Made by a program: the position numbers and the translations under genes. A model generated the notes under the pieces. The model worked only from the letters and a program-made list of their open reading frames with translations, was not told where the DNA came from and made no database searches. From Isurus oxyrinchus (Eukaryota), in contig JANJGN010000036.1 of the NCBI GenBank assembly GCA_026770705.1, positions 3,534,001-3,598,000 on the forward strand: a DNA stretch of 64,000 nucleotides. The letters run 5' to 3'. This document shows positions 26,056 through 37,539 of this stretch, piece by piece. The stretch's first letter is position 1. Each line of letters opens with the position of its first letter.

Positions 26056-26842
26056 CTGGGGCAGTGTGATTACGTGGGATGCAATTGAATTTTACACCCC
26101 TTCTGTGTTTGATATTGGAATCATCTTCATTTAGGGTGTGCTGTGTTTTCGAGACATTTTTAGATCTTTTTAAATAATTCCCTTTTTGGATAGACTGCAT
26201 CAGGTTCAGCATGAATTGGAGCTTTGCGTCCATTTTTAAAATTGTTTCGGAATGATTTTAACTTTTGTCCCTTGTTCCAGTCTCTCCCACAAGGGGAAAC
26301 ATCCTCTCTGCATTCACCCTGTCAAGTCCCCTCAGGATTTTATATGCTTCACTAAGATCACCTCTCCAAATTCAAAACTCCAATGGATACAGGCCCAGCC
26401 TGACCAACCTTTCCTTATTAGAAAATCAGAATTCTTTCCACATAAGATCAGAGATGATGAGAAATGCCTCACACAGTTGGCCTCGTCCTTGTCATCATTG
26501 GTTTCTGAGCAACAATCTGTTTCTGTTCTGACTGCCCTCGACCAGGCCTCTGTTTCTATTACACTGGACCCTGCCTCAGTTATTACTGCACTAGACAATC
26601 TCTCAGTCGATAAAACATGCTGCAATGTCTCTGCGAATGCTACACTTCACCCGCTCTCTGTTTGGACTGTGCGGGACCATTTCTCTGTTTATCACACAAT
26701 AGGCCTTGTCTTCACTTGGTATCTAACCCCATGCTGCCCCTTCCAGATCAGCCAGGATCTCATTGAATAGCAGAACAGGGTTGAAGGGTTAATTGGCCTC
26801 CTTCTCTTTCCATGCACTATGACCAATACTCTTTATTCACTG

Positions 26843-27091
26843 ATAAAAACAAAAAAATTGTGGATGCTCGAAATTCAAAACAAAAACAGAATTATCTGGA
26901 AAAACTCAGCAGGTCTGGCAGCATCGGCGGAGAAGAAAAGAGTTGACGTTTCGAGTCCTCATGACCCTTCGACAGAACTTGATTTTGAGTCCAATTTCAA
27001 CTCTTTCTTGGACTCGAACTCAAGTTCTGTTGAAGGGTCATGAGGACTCGAAACATCAACTCTTTTCTTCTCCGCCAATGCTGCCAGACTG
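26843..27091. mobile_element. Fold-back Penelope-like insertion, copy D
   Basis: Inverted arms, each with the hammerhead-like motif. Direct repeat TTTATTCACT at 26832-26841 and 27092-27101. Empty paralogous site near 51661-51670. Confidence 0.78.
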
Positions 27092-29679
27092 TTTATTCAC
27101 TCTCTGGCTCTCAGTCACTCACTCGGTCTGAGAGTCTCTATTTTGCATTCACTTGATCTGTGTCTTCTCTCCCTGCCTCTCTTTCTCTGAGAATCTAGTC
27201 TACAGACACCAGTCCGCCATTTTAGGTTTGTTCACAGTGGTCATTTTATGTTCCCACAGCACTGGGACGTTAATGACAGAGTGACCCCTCACTCATATAA
27301 GATTAATATTTTAGGTGTGGCAGAGAGACAGCTATGGAGACTTAAATTCACTGGCATATTGAAAGATCTGGGTATTCAGTCCCACATGTTGCTGTTGTGA
27401 ATTTGAATCCTGAATTATCTAAAATTGAATCTGGAATTAAAAACCTCTGGGATGGAATGATTCACATTCTGTCTGCTGCTGAAAAGCCCCTGTGTATGTC
27501 TCAGTTTCTCTGTTTTTATAATGGTTTAAGATAACTAGATAGAATGCCACAAGTTGCCATCAATCAACTCAGTCATAAATGTCCCAGTGCTATGATCAAT
27601 ATCATTCTTTCATCATCTGCCTCTTCATCCCCTTTCGCTCTGTGTCTCTCTCTTTAACATTCCCTCGTTCTGTGTCTTCTCTTTCCCCTCTCTCTCTCTC
27701 TCTCTCTCTCAGACTCTGTAAGAAAAATCCACAAACATCAGGCAGCCATTTTAGGTTTGTTCACAATGGCCATTTTATGTTCCTACAGCCCTGGGACATT
27801 TATGATAGAGTTGACTCCTCACGAATGTGACATTAGTACTTTCGTTGTGACAAAGACACAGCTATGGAGACACTGAGACACCGATCAAACACTCATCCCT
27901 GAAACACCGCATTGTCCACGGGTTACAGGTCATTAACACTCGCTGATTTAAAAAGGTGCTCACTGCATCCCAACCTTCATCCCTTTCCCAAATCCTTCAA
28001 CCTGTATCTCCCCCGTCATCCTTGAACCACATTTGTTGAATTTGAGTTTGTATTGAACCCCATAGTGTAATTGGATTAGTAGTGTTTGATGAACAGTGTA
28101 GTCAAAGCTTCACTCTGGAACACTGGAATTGAGGTTAAGGGATGATTTGATCAAACACTTCAAGATAATAATGGAAATGAAGAGGGTGGATAACAGTGGT
28201 AAAGTTGAAGAAGGGACCTCCCTCTATTTTAAAGATGGGGAAAGGATATGTCACAGGATAATGTTTTTTATACCGAGGCATGTAGAAAAATATTTAGAGC
28301 TTTAGCCTTTTCTCCAGCTGATGAACTTTTAATTGAACACTGTTTATAATTTGTACTCTAATTCAAAAGAGAATGATGCCTTTTAATCTCATAACTCCAA
28401 GTGTTGAGGGAGCTTTACTCTGTATCTAACCCCATGCTGTACCTGTCCTGGGAGTGTTTGAACTGGACTGTGTAGAGGGAGATATACTCTGTATCTAAAC
28501 CCACGCTGTCCAATATCAGATGCAGAAACAGATAAATCGGAGGTTTCATTTCTGTGTCACTTTCTGTATCTTGAAGCTTCCAATTGGAGATGTAAATATG
28601 TCAGCTGATGAATTTTGTCTTGAAAATTTCATCCTGAATAGTGTGAGCCTTAGTATTGTGGAAACGTGTGAAGAGAGTGTTTGCATTTACACAGTCCTAC
28701 ATGGTGAAATGTGAGTTATCTTTGAAGCAATAGGATGTAGGTCCAAGGAGTCTGAATGGACTATCAGGTTTTGGTTGATTAAAGAATGAATTTTAATGAT
28801 GTCCTTTGCAGGAGCCGTTTACTGTAAATGCCCCGAGATAGTGAAATGCTTCAGAAGCTGTTCCCAGGAAATTTTCCTGAGAAAATAATGGTTTCCCAAT
28901 GTCTGAATAACTTTCCAATTCTTCAGACACATGAAGGGGGCAGAGATATTGTAAGATACAGATCATGAGATGTCAGAGAATCACAGAATTGAAGTTGTGG
29001 GGCCCTCTCGTGTTTCAGAATGTCAGTTTTGATGTTTTAGTCTGTGAACCTGGGCAAATGATTCAGAAAGCAGAAGGTTCCAATCCCGCTCTTTGCTGTT
29101 GTGAATTTGAATTCTGAATTTTCTAAAATTGAATCTGGAATTAAAAACCTCCGGGATGGAATGATTCTCATTTTGTCTGCTGCTGCAAAGCCCGTGTGTG
29201 TGTCTCAGTTTCTCTGTTTTTATTTATGATTTAAGATATTGGGATAGAATGCTACAAGTTTACTAAAGGGCACAAAAAGAGGCAGCAATGTCAGCATTGT
29301 AGCTGGAAGCTTCAAATTCCACAGAGATATGAACGCCTTAAGTGATTGGGTGAAATAGTGAAAGATGGATTTGATTGTAGGTAAATGTGTGGCCGCTCAC
29401 TTTAAAAAGGACGGAACAGTTACATTATAAATGATGAAAGGCTGGAAATAGTGGGGATCTAGAGAGACTTGAGAGCCCCTGTCCATTTGTGTCATGACAA
29501 AGGAAACTTCAAACCATTACAATGAGAAATTAAATGTGAACATTGGGGTAAAGCTGGTTAACAACTCACACTACGCATTCCGTGAATCAGCCTCTGTAAC
29601 CTGCACTTCAGCACATCACAAGAAAAATGATATTTTCAATGGTTCGTGATTTGAATCAATCATTCTGTGTTAAAACCCC

Positions 29680-30155
29680 ACTGAATCCCTCGATTAGTAT
29701 CCAGTCCGTAACTCACTCCCGGGTATCTTCTATTCTTTATTTAAACCACCAGCAAAACCTTTGATTAGATTCCAGGCTGTAACTCACTCCCGGGTATCCG
29801 TTATTCTATATATAAACCACCCCGAGCCCCTCGATTAGATTCCAGTCTGTAACTCACTTCTGGGTATCTGTTATTCTATGTATACACCAGCCAGAACCCA
29901 TCTAGCTGCACCTGTTCTGGTAGTGTTTGATGTGGACAGTGTAGAGGGAGATTTACTCTGTATCTAACCCCGTGCTGCACCTGTCCTGGAGTGTTTGATG
30001 GGGACAGTGTAGAGGGAGCTTTACTCAGTATCTAACCCCGTACTGCACCTGTCCTGGGGTGTTTGATGGAGACAGTGTAGAGGGAGCTTTACTCTGTATC
30101 TATACCCATGCTGTAACTGTCCTGGGAGTGTTTGATGGGGACAGTGTAGAAGGAA
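29680..30155. repeat. Three units of the 70-bp satellite abutting ~4 units of the 69-bp satellite
   Basis: The consensus switches near 29900. Confidence 0.9.
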
Positions 30156-30659
30156 AAACTTCTAAACACAAAGGGTTGTGGATGTTTGGAACTGTCCTCA
30201 CCAATTGTAGTTAATGCTGAGTCAATTTTTAATTTTCAAATCTATGATAGACCTGATCTGAAGCCTTTCATAAATCCAAATATGCCTCTATTCCTCTGTC
30301 CTTGCTCAATTTGTAGATGAGTGTCTGTGTATGTGTGTGCCTCTTTCTGTGTGTTTCTGTATCNNNNNNNNNNNNNNNNNNNNNNNNNNNNNNNNNNNNN
30401 NNNNNNNNNNNNNNNNNNNNNNNNNNNNNNNNNNNNNNNNNNNNNNNNNNNNNNNNNNNNNNNNNNNNNNNNNNNNNNNNNNNNNNNNNNNNNNNNNNNN
30501 NNNNNNNNNNNNNNNNNNNNNNNNNNNNNNNTCTCTCCCGCACTCTGGAAATCTTCACATACATCATTTGGCCATTTTAAGTTGGCTCATGGTGGCCATT
30601 TTTACACCAAAATTCTGTTTTACCACAGCAAGTCTTCCTTAATATTGTAGATCAATTGG

Positions 30660-31810
30660 ACAATGTAAAGGGAGCTTGAGGCTCTGTGTAACCCTGTATT
30701 GTACCTGTTCTCCAAGTGTCTGATGGAAAGTGAAGAGGAAGGTTTACTCCGCCTCTTACATGTGCTGCACCTGTCATGGGCATCTTTGAAAGGGAGATTG
30801 TAGAGGGAGCTTTACTCTGTACTGTACCTGTCCTGTGAGTGTTTGATAGGGACAGTGTAGAAGGAGCCTTACTCTGTATTGTCCCTGCCCTGCAAGTGTT
30901 TGAGAGGAGATTGTGAAGAGGAATTTACTCTGTATTTGAAGGGACAGTGCAGAGGGAGCTTCATCTTCTATATTACCTTGTGTTGTTTCTGTACTGCAAG
31001 TGTCTGATGGGAGAGTGGAAAGGAAGATTTACCCAGTTTCTCACGTGTCCTGGGTATGTATGAATGGGAGATTGTAGAGGAAGCTTTATTCTGTACTGTA
31101 CCTGTCCTGGGAGTGTTTGAAAGGAGATTATACAGGGAATTTACTTTGTTACTAACCATGTGCTGTTCCTGCCCTGGGAGTGATTGTTGGGACGTTATAG
31201 AGGGAGATTTACTCTGTACATAACCATGTGCTGTAACTCTCCAGGGACTGATTATGTGTGACCTTCTAAAGGGAACTTTAACCAGTACCTAACCCCGTAC
31301 TATATCAGCCTGGGGAGCATTTGAGGATACAGTATAGAGAGAATTTTACTCCGTATCCAACAGCGTGCTGTGCCTGACATGTCCTGGGAGTGTTTGATAT
31401 GACTGTTTAGAAGGAGTTAACTCTGTATTTAACCCCATGCTGTAACTGTGCTGGGAGTGTTTTATGGGGTTGGTGTAGAGGGAGCTCTACTCTGTATCAA
31501 ACCCTGTGCTGTACCTGTCCTGGGAGTGTTTGATGGGTCAGCGCGGAGGTAGTTTTGTTCAGTATCTAACCCTGTGCAGTGCCAGTCCTGGGAGTTCTTG
31601 ATGGGAACAGTGTAGAGAGAGGTTACTCTGTATCCAGCCCCATGCTGTACCTGTCCTGGGAGTGTTTGATGGGGACGGTGTAGAGGGATATTAACTCTGT
31701 ATCTAACCCTGTGCTGTACCTGTCTTTGGAGTGTTTGATGGAGACAGCGAAAGGGAGCTTTAAATTGTATTTAACCCCGTGCTGTATCATCTCTGGGGGT
31801 ATTTGATGGC
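30660..31810. repeat. Degenerate 69-bp satellite array
   Basis: Recurring GGGAGTGTTTGATGGG / TGTAGAGGGAG / TTTACTCTGTA motifs. Confidence 0.85.
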
Positions 31811-33445
31811 AACATTCTCATCCAACACGAAAGCATTCCACAGAGCAGGGCCAGAAATTGAACATGAGTTTCCTTGTTTGATTCTCCTGGGTCTGTTCTG
31901 ATTCTCTGATAGATTCCTGGTGCTTATACTCCACATGAGCAGTTGTCCTAATCCTGTGTACTTGTCCTGCTCCCAAACACGGTATCTGACTCCAATAAGG
32001 CAAGCAATACAGGAGCGTCTCAGTGAGTGAGACAGGTGAGTCTTGAGCCTGACCCGGGTGTATGTGAGTGACCCAGGTTAATCCGACACTCCAGGGACAG
32101 TTTAGACAGTTTGAGTGCAATGCAGCTTTGCCAGAATGAGACCTGGATTCCAAGGGTTAAATGACAAAGTGAGATTGCACATACTCGGGTTGTATTCCCT
32201 GAAATTTAGCAGCATCAGTGGGGATTTGATCAAGTTGTCACAGTATGAGCCCTTTTCCTGTGTAACAACCTTTCGTCAGACACCTTATGGAATCATTCTT
32301 GAAAATCCAAGTATCCTTCCATCACCAGCTCTCTGTCTCTCGCTCACCCTCTCGGGCAGTATCTCTCTCACCGTCTCTCTGTCTGATGTTTAAAAATGTT
32401 CTCTCACCTCATTTTGGATGTGTGGGAATAACAATTGTGAAACAATGTTCTAAATCTGCTTTAATTGTATTTTCTGCGCTTGTTCGCAACTTGTCAGAGA
32501 GAGAGAGAAAAAGAGTGAGAGAGATAGAGAAGGGGAGAGGAAGACAGAGAGGGAAGGAGAGATTGAGTTAGAAATGGAGAGGGAGAGAGAAGGGGATGAA
32601 TGTGAGGCGTGGGGTGAGGGGGGAGAGAAAGAGAGAAGTATCGAGAGAGAGAGAAGGAAATATAGACGGACGGAGAGTGCGGAGAAACTTCCATGGAAAT
32701 CCCATAGTCTGATCAGTGATCTCCTTCAGAATTACAATCACATCAGTCAAACAGGATTTCCCTTTAACAAAGCTGTACTGGGGTCCACTGCTCAGTTCAC
32801 ATTGCTGAAGACTCCATCCACCCTATCCTGAATGACAGATTCTAAAAACTCCCCCACAACTGGCAATACACTGAGAGGTCCGTGGTTACCCGGTTGTCCT
32901 TTCCCCCGCCCCTCTTAAACCTTTCAGGATAGGAAAGAATGTGTATAGTTCCCGACAACTCATTACAAAAAGCATCGATTGGAAGGGGCGCAGCACAGAT
33001 TAACCATCGTGTTACTGGGAGTCCATGGTTAAAATTACGAGGGGGAGTTACATAGTTTGGCTTCCCTGAACTGGGGATTATTAAGGGAGGATATGATAGG
33101 GATTTTGAGCATTTGGGAAAAGTAAAGGGGTAAATAGAGAGAAAATACTCTCTTGATAAGGGGGACGTCCAAAACCAGGAGACATGTCTTTAAAATGAAT
33201 AAATCCAATGGGGAATTCAGGAGAAACTTATTAAACCAGGGAGTCATTACAATGTGGAATTCGCTCCCCAGGGAGCGGTTGAGGCCGATCGCACACTCAC
33301 ATATTTTTCGATTTCTCTTTTATGTAATTCTATGTATTATTGCCCCATTCTACAAGCAGAGAGAATTTACACATAGGATACTGGGGAAAATTCGACAGAA
33401 TATTTTGAATCACAAAGTCGGACACTCATTTAACTCGCTTCCGAT

Positions 33446-33451
33446 TTTATT
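33446..33451 (-). terminator. PolyA signal AATAAA of the Ig light-chain transcript
   Basis: TTTATT on the + strand, ~145 nt downstream of the C stop codon. Confidence 0.75.
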
Positions 33452-33595
33452 CAACATTCAGGTTGTTCGCCAAAACCTGACATTGCCACAGCCACTACAT
33501 TGCAGTTAAAAAGAGGCACATTTTGCACACATGGAATCTTCTGCGGAATTACATGAAAGATGAATAAATGAAACTCTAACTCCAACAAAAGTCTC

Positions 33596-33924
33596 TCAGA
33601 GTGAGCAATCGCTGAAGCTGATGGTGTTGAGAAGGGGTGAGTTCAGGGAGCCGTGGCTGACACTGCAGGAATATCTGGAGCCCTTCTTCCAGTCAGTGGC
33701 TGGGACTCTCAGGTAACTGCTCAGGCTGTAGGTTTGATCGCTGTCCGGGGACACAACGCTTGTCCTCACTCCGCTGTCTGTCTCTTTGCCATCCACACTC
33801 CAGAGGACCCGCAAAAAACCCGGCTTAAAGCCACTCACCAGGCAGGACAGAGTGGCCGAGCCCGAGTCTATCTCTTTTGAGGAAGGGGGGAGAAGAAGGA
33901 CGGATGGCGTTCGATCCTCAGTAC
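33596..33924 (-). CDS. Ig light-chain constant exon (type I / NS5 / sigma-cart-like)
   Basis: Acceptor ...CACACAG|GT, phase 1. (S)TEDRTPSVLLLPPSSKEIDSGSATLSCLVSGFKPGFLRVLWSVDGKETDSGVRTSVVSPDSDQTYSLSSYLRVPATDWKKGSRYSCSVSHGSLNSPLLNTISFSDCSL*. C1-set Cys/Trp, YSCxVxH motif and near-terminal interchain Cys are present. Confidence 0.96.
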
Positions 33925-34349
33925 CTGTGTGTGTGAGAGAAAGTACAGAAAATATATTAATATAAAGAACACATTGACCTGTGTGTTTGTGAGAGAGAGA
34001 GAGAGGGGGGGGGGGGCGGAGAATGCCCCTTAACGTATAGAAAACACTGACGTGTGTGCGAGAAAGAGAGGGAGAAATTCATTACTATATAGGAGGCTTT
34101 AACCTGTGTGTTTTTGAAAGAAAATTCATTCAGACACATAACAGTCGTATCTATGTGTGCATATGTGTGTGTGTGAGAGAGAGAAAAATAAATAAATCAT
34201 TAATATATAGAACACTCTGACCTGTGTGTTTGTGTGTGTGTGAGAGAGAGAGAGACGGAGAGGGGAGAGAGTGAGAGAGAGAGAAAGAAAGAGAGAAAGA
34301 GAAAGAGAGTTCTGTAAAATGCATTCATATATAGAACACTCTGATCCCG

Positions 34350-34389
<40 letters not shown>

Positions 34390-34630
34390 CAGAGAGAGAG
34401 ACGGAGGGGTGTGAGTGTGAGAGAGAAAGAGAGGGTTCTGCAATATATAGAACACTGTGAACTGTGCGTATGTGAGAGAGGGAGGAGAGAAAATGTATTC
34501 ATATATAGAACACTCTGATCCCTGTGTGTGTGTGTACATTTCTGTGTGAGAGGGAAATAGTTCATTAATATAAGGCAAACTCTGACCTGTGCATGTGTGT
34601 GTGAGAAAAAATCTCATGATACATAGATCT
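33925..34630. repeat. Tandem repeat in the J-C intron (~9-10 variable units: ATATAGAACACTCTGACCTG(TG)n(AG)n)
   Basis: Recurring TATAGAACAC...GACCTGTGTG motifs with variable microsatellite spacers. Confidence 0.85.
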
Positions 34631-35266
34631 CGCTGATCTGAAATCGGACTGGACGCCAAAAGTCAATCACGAATCATTTTAACTTTAACTTAAATTATTG
34701 ATTAAAACACGTGTTCCAACAACTTCTTATTCCCATAATTCCCTGCCCAATCTTAAAATCCCTTTGCTGACATTGTAACAGTGACTAGGTGAAAAATAGT
34801 TCGTTGCTTATTAATCTTTTGGGCGCCTTCTCTGGAAGAAACTCAAAGAATCAGAGGCTGACCCAGCAAAATAAGAGGTCATGCGGCTCCTCACGCCTCT
34901 GCTAGCTCTTGTAAGAGCTTTCCAAGTAGTCCCACTCACCGCCTCTGCTTGCAAAGCGCTGCAAATTTTCCCTTTCAAGTATTTGTCGACTGTACACTTT
35001 TGAAAGTATCTATAGAATCTACGTCCACCTGCCTTTCTGGAAGCCTGTTCTTTCATAATTTAATTTATAATTTGACCCTGATTCTCTCGTTATTTTCTCC
35101 CGGTGCAGTTCAATTCCAAGTCTGACTCAGTTAACAATTCTGGATATAAATTGATCAGATCAAAATTTACGAAATGGGGATTTGACATCCGCTGGAGAAT
35201 GATGTCGCCTCTAAATTAATAATAATTGAAACAATGTGACTTAGAGAGAGAGGGGGAATCACTTAC

Positions 35267-35303
35267 TCCGAACATTCAAGGTGGTCCCACCTCCGAAGAT
35301 CCA
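35267..35303 (-). CDS. Ig light-chain J segment, WIFGGGTTLNVR(S)
   Basis: FGxG motif; phase-1 donor A|GTAAGT at 35266, in frame with the C exon. Confidence 0.95.
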
Positions 35304-35342
35304 CACAGAGCGGCGGTGCAATCGGACGGGTCACATAAAACT
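35304..35342 (+). promoter_or_regulatory. J recombination signal sequence (23-class)
   Basis: Heptamer CACAGAG (35304-35310), then either 22-bp spacer + ACATAAAAC or 23-bp spacer + CATAAAACT. Confidence 0.8.
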
Positions 35343-35528
35343 CAGGCTGCGGGGAAAAGTACAGGATGAAATATTAATAACCTCTCTTTTATCACATTCC
35401 CTGTCACATTCTGCCTTTCACATGGGCTCGAACACATAGAACAAGAGAGATATTTCAAAAATAGCGTGAAACCCTGATAATAGTCATCGTTACTGACCAG
35501 GGTAATATTGAGAACCGCTATTGAGAAA

Positions 35529-35538
35529 ATGCAAATTA
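35529..35538 (-). promoter_or_regulatory. Second octamer/decamer (TAATTTGCAT) in the V-J spacer
   Basis: ATGCAAAT at 35529-35536, same orientation as the V promoter octamer. Confidence 0.5.
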
Positions 35539-35661
35539 ACCCTTGGAATCTCAGTTAAATTTCTCAAGAACTTACACAAGGAACACTTTGGAAGTTGATG
35601 ACATATTCTCGGCCAGGAACACTCCAGCTGCTGTTATAATTCTGAGCGGTTTTCTACATAC

Positions 35662-35689
35662 AGTTTTTGTATGGCTCTGTCTCACTGTG
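35662..35689 (-). promoter_or_regulatory. V recombination signal sequence (12-RSS)
   Basis: CACAGTG (35689-35683), 12-bp spacer, ACAAAAACT (35670-35662). Confidence 0.97.
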
Positions 35690-36015
35690 CACGCCTGCTG
35701 AGCTATCCCAGACCTGACAGTAATAGACGGCGGAGTCACCGGACTCCAGGCTTCCAATGGTCAGAATGAAATTGTTCCTGGAGGTGTCTCTCGAAGGTTG
35801 AAAACGGTCGGTGAAGCCGGTGCCTCGAGAGACGCTGCCATCTTTGCTGTGCTTTAGCACCCAGACGGGAGCTTCACCGGGTCGCTGCCGGTACCAGTAC
35901 ACATAAGCGCTTCCCACATTCCCGTTCTGCATCCCGCACTGTAATCGGGCGGTCTGACCAGCGGAGACTGGGTCGGAAATTGGGACTTGATTGAGGACGA
36001 GAACCGCCAGGACTC
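35690..36015 (-). CDS. Ig light-chain V exon, unrearranged (type I / NS5 / sigma-cart-like)
   Basis: Acceptor TTGAAG|GA. (G)VLAVLVLNQVPISDPVSAGQTARLQCGMQNGNVGSAYVYWYRQRPGEAPVWVL...DRFQPSRD...DSAVYYCQVWDSSAGV has the V-set Cys, WYRQ and DxAxYYC motifs and abuts a 12-RSS. Isotype is assigned from recalled similarity to shark type I chains. Confidence 0.96.
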
Positions 36016-36161
36016 CTTCAATTAAAAAGAGACAAAAGAAAACATTCAATAACCTGCAGCAAATGTGTCGTTAATGCATCAATAAACATGGGTCTTTACC
36101 GGACCGTTCTCGGTGTTTAACGGATTCTCTGTAATCAAAACCCGCTCCTCCAATATCTGAC

Positions 36162-36210
36162 CTGTTAAATGGAGCAGCAGAGCCCACACGAGATGCAGCA
36201 CTGGAGCCAT
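36162..36210 (-). CDS. Ig light-chain leader exon, MAPVLHLVWALLLHLT(G)
   Basis: ATG at 36210, hydrophobic signal peptide, phase-1 donor AG|GTCAGA, 146-bp intron in frame with V. Confidence 0.92.
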
Positions 36211-36292
36211 TTCCTCTGGATAAGCGCCTGCCCAAATTTCCCACTGTAGCGGTTGCTGTCAACTCCGAGAGCGGCTCCGGTTCCAGTGCCAG

Positions 36293-36338
36293 TTATACCC
36301 GACACTCCAGCTCCATTTATTAAGCAGAATGCAAATGA
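36293..36338 (-). promoter_or_regulatory. VL promoter: decamer/octamer TCATTTGCAT plus TATA-like elements
   Basis: ATTTGCAT (light-chain orientation) at 36336-36329, TTAATAAAT at 36323-36315, TATAA at 36297-36293; the octamer lies ~120 bp upstream of the ATG. Confidence 0.88.
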
Positions 36339-37539
36339 GTGGGAGCGGCCAGGGAAACGGTGCCGGCAAATTTACATTTCGAGTTGTTTTTTTGGCTGGT
36401 AAAGTTATTGCCAAAATCTTAACCTTTGATTTACAAATATTTAATCTGCAATTGGAATTTTTGTTTTGGGAAGATTCCAATATTTCTAAGATCATTGCAT
36501 ATATACATAAATATTATATATATTTATATATTTCTGCCTCCCCTGAAGATTATCTCACTTCACTGTTACAAAATTATTTAACAAATATGCATGTGCTTTC
36601 AAATTAATATCTCCCACCAACCCATCCATCAAGAATTTAATGCATTTCCCTTTGGTCCTCAAGCAATTGATACAAATTAGATTGAATCTCACTTTTAGAA
36701 AGACGAATCAAAACTCAACGTGGAGACATTGAGATATACACCAGGCAGATTTGGAGTCATGACAGAGCCTTATTGAAACATATAATATTCTAGGGGCGGT
36801 GGGATTTAACAGGGCAGGTGCAGCGAGAATGCTTCCCTTTGTGGGGTCACAATTTCAAATTAAGGGGGAAACAATTTGGAAATTAGATGGGGTTTCAACT
36901 GCCAACAGTGGAGCCTGGGTCATTGGCTATGTTCAAAGCTGAGTTAGATATACGCTTGATTTACAAGGGAGTCAAGGGTTATGGGGGCAGGCAGGTAAGT
37001 AGAGGTGAAACAACAACCAGATCAGCCATCATTTTATTGCCTGGTGGAGTGGGCTTGAGGGGCTGAATAGCCGGCTCCTGCATGTGTTCTTATGTCCCAG
37101 AAACTTCTGAACCTGCCGTCATTTAAATCACACAGGGTTTGCATGGAGAACTACACACATTAATATGAAGCAATGGAAAGGCAAAATGTCATTTAAAAAT
37201 ATTGTGCCAACTTTTAAAGGCCGTCTAGTGCTTTAGAATGAGCGACTCAGGCTATGCTGTATCAAATTCCCTCTGCTCAGTATCAGGATCTATCATGTCA
37301 TTTTCCCCATCCCTATGCAGAGTTATTCAATCTCTCTGGGAGTTTCAGCTACTTAATTAAGAATCTGGTTTTCAGAAGATTGAATTAGTTGCTTTTCATG
37401 GAGCGTTATAAAGACGCCTTCCTCAGTACTGTTTTACTCTGCATTGAGAGCTGGTGAATGAGAGAGCTATAAGTATTAATTTCTATCCAAATGGAGATTG
37501 TTTCCCTTTTTTTCCCCTTTAATTTAGCATTTAAGTAAC

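Noticed and set aside
32690-32765. kB-like sites downstream of C as a 3' enhancer
   Set aside because: Two partial matches in what looks like decayed reverse-strand LINE sequence, without supporting E-box, ETS-IRF or RUNX clustering.
35654-36049. ORF-track start MNVFFCLFLIE as the V N-terminus
   Set aside because: It is intron polypyrimidine tract read from a non-ATG start; the real leader exon is 36210-36162.
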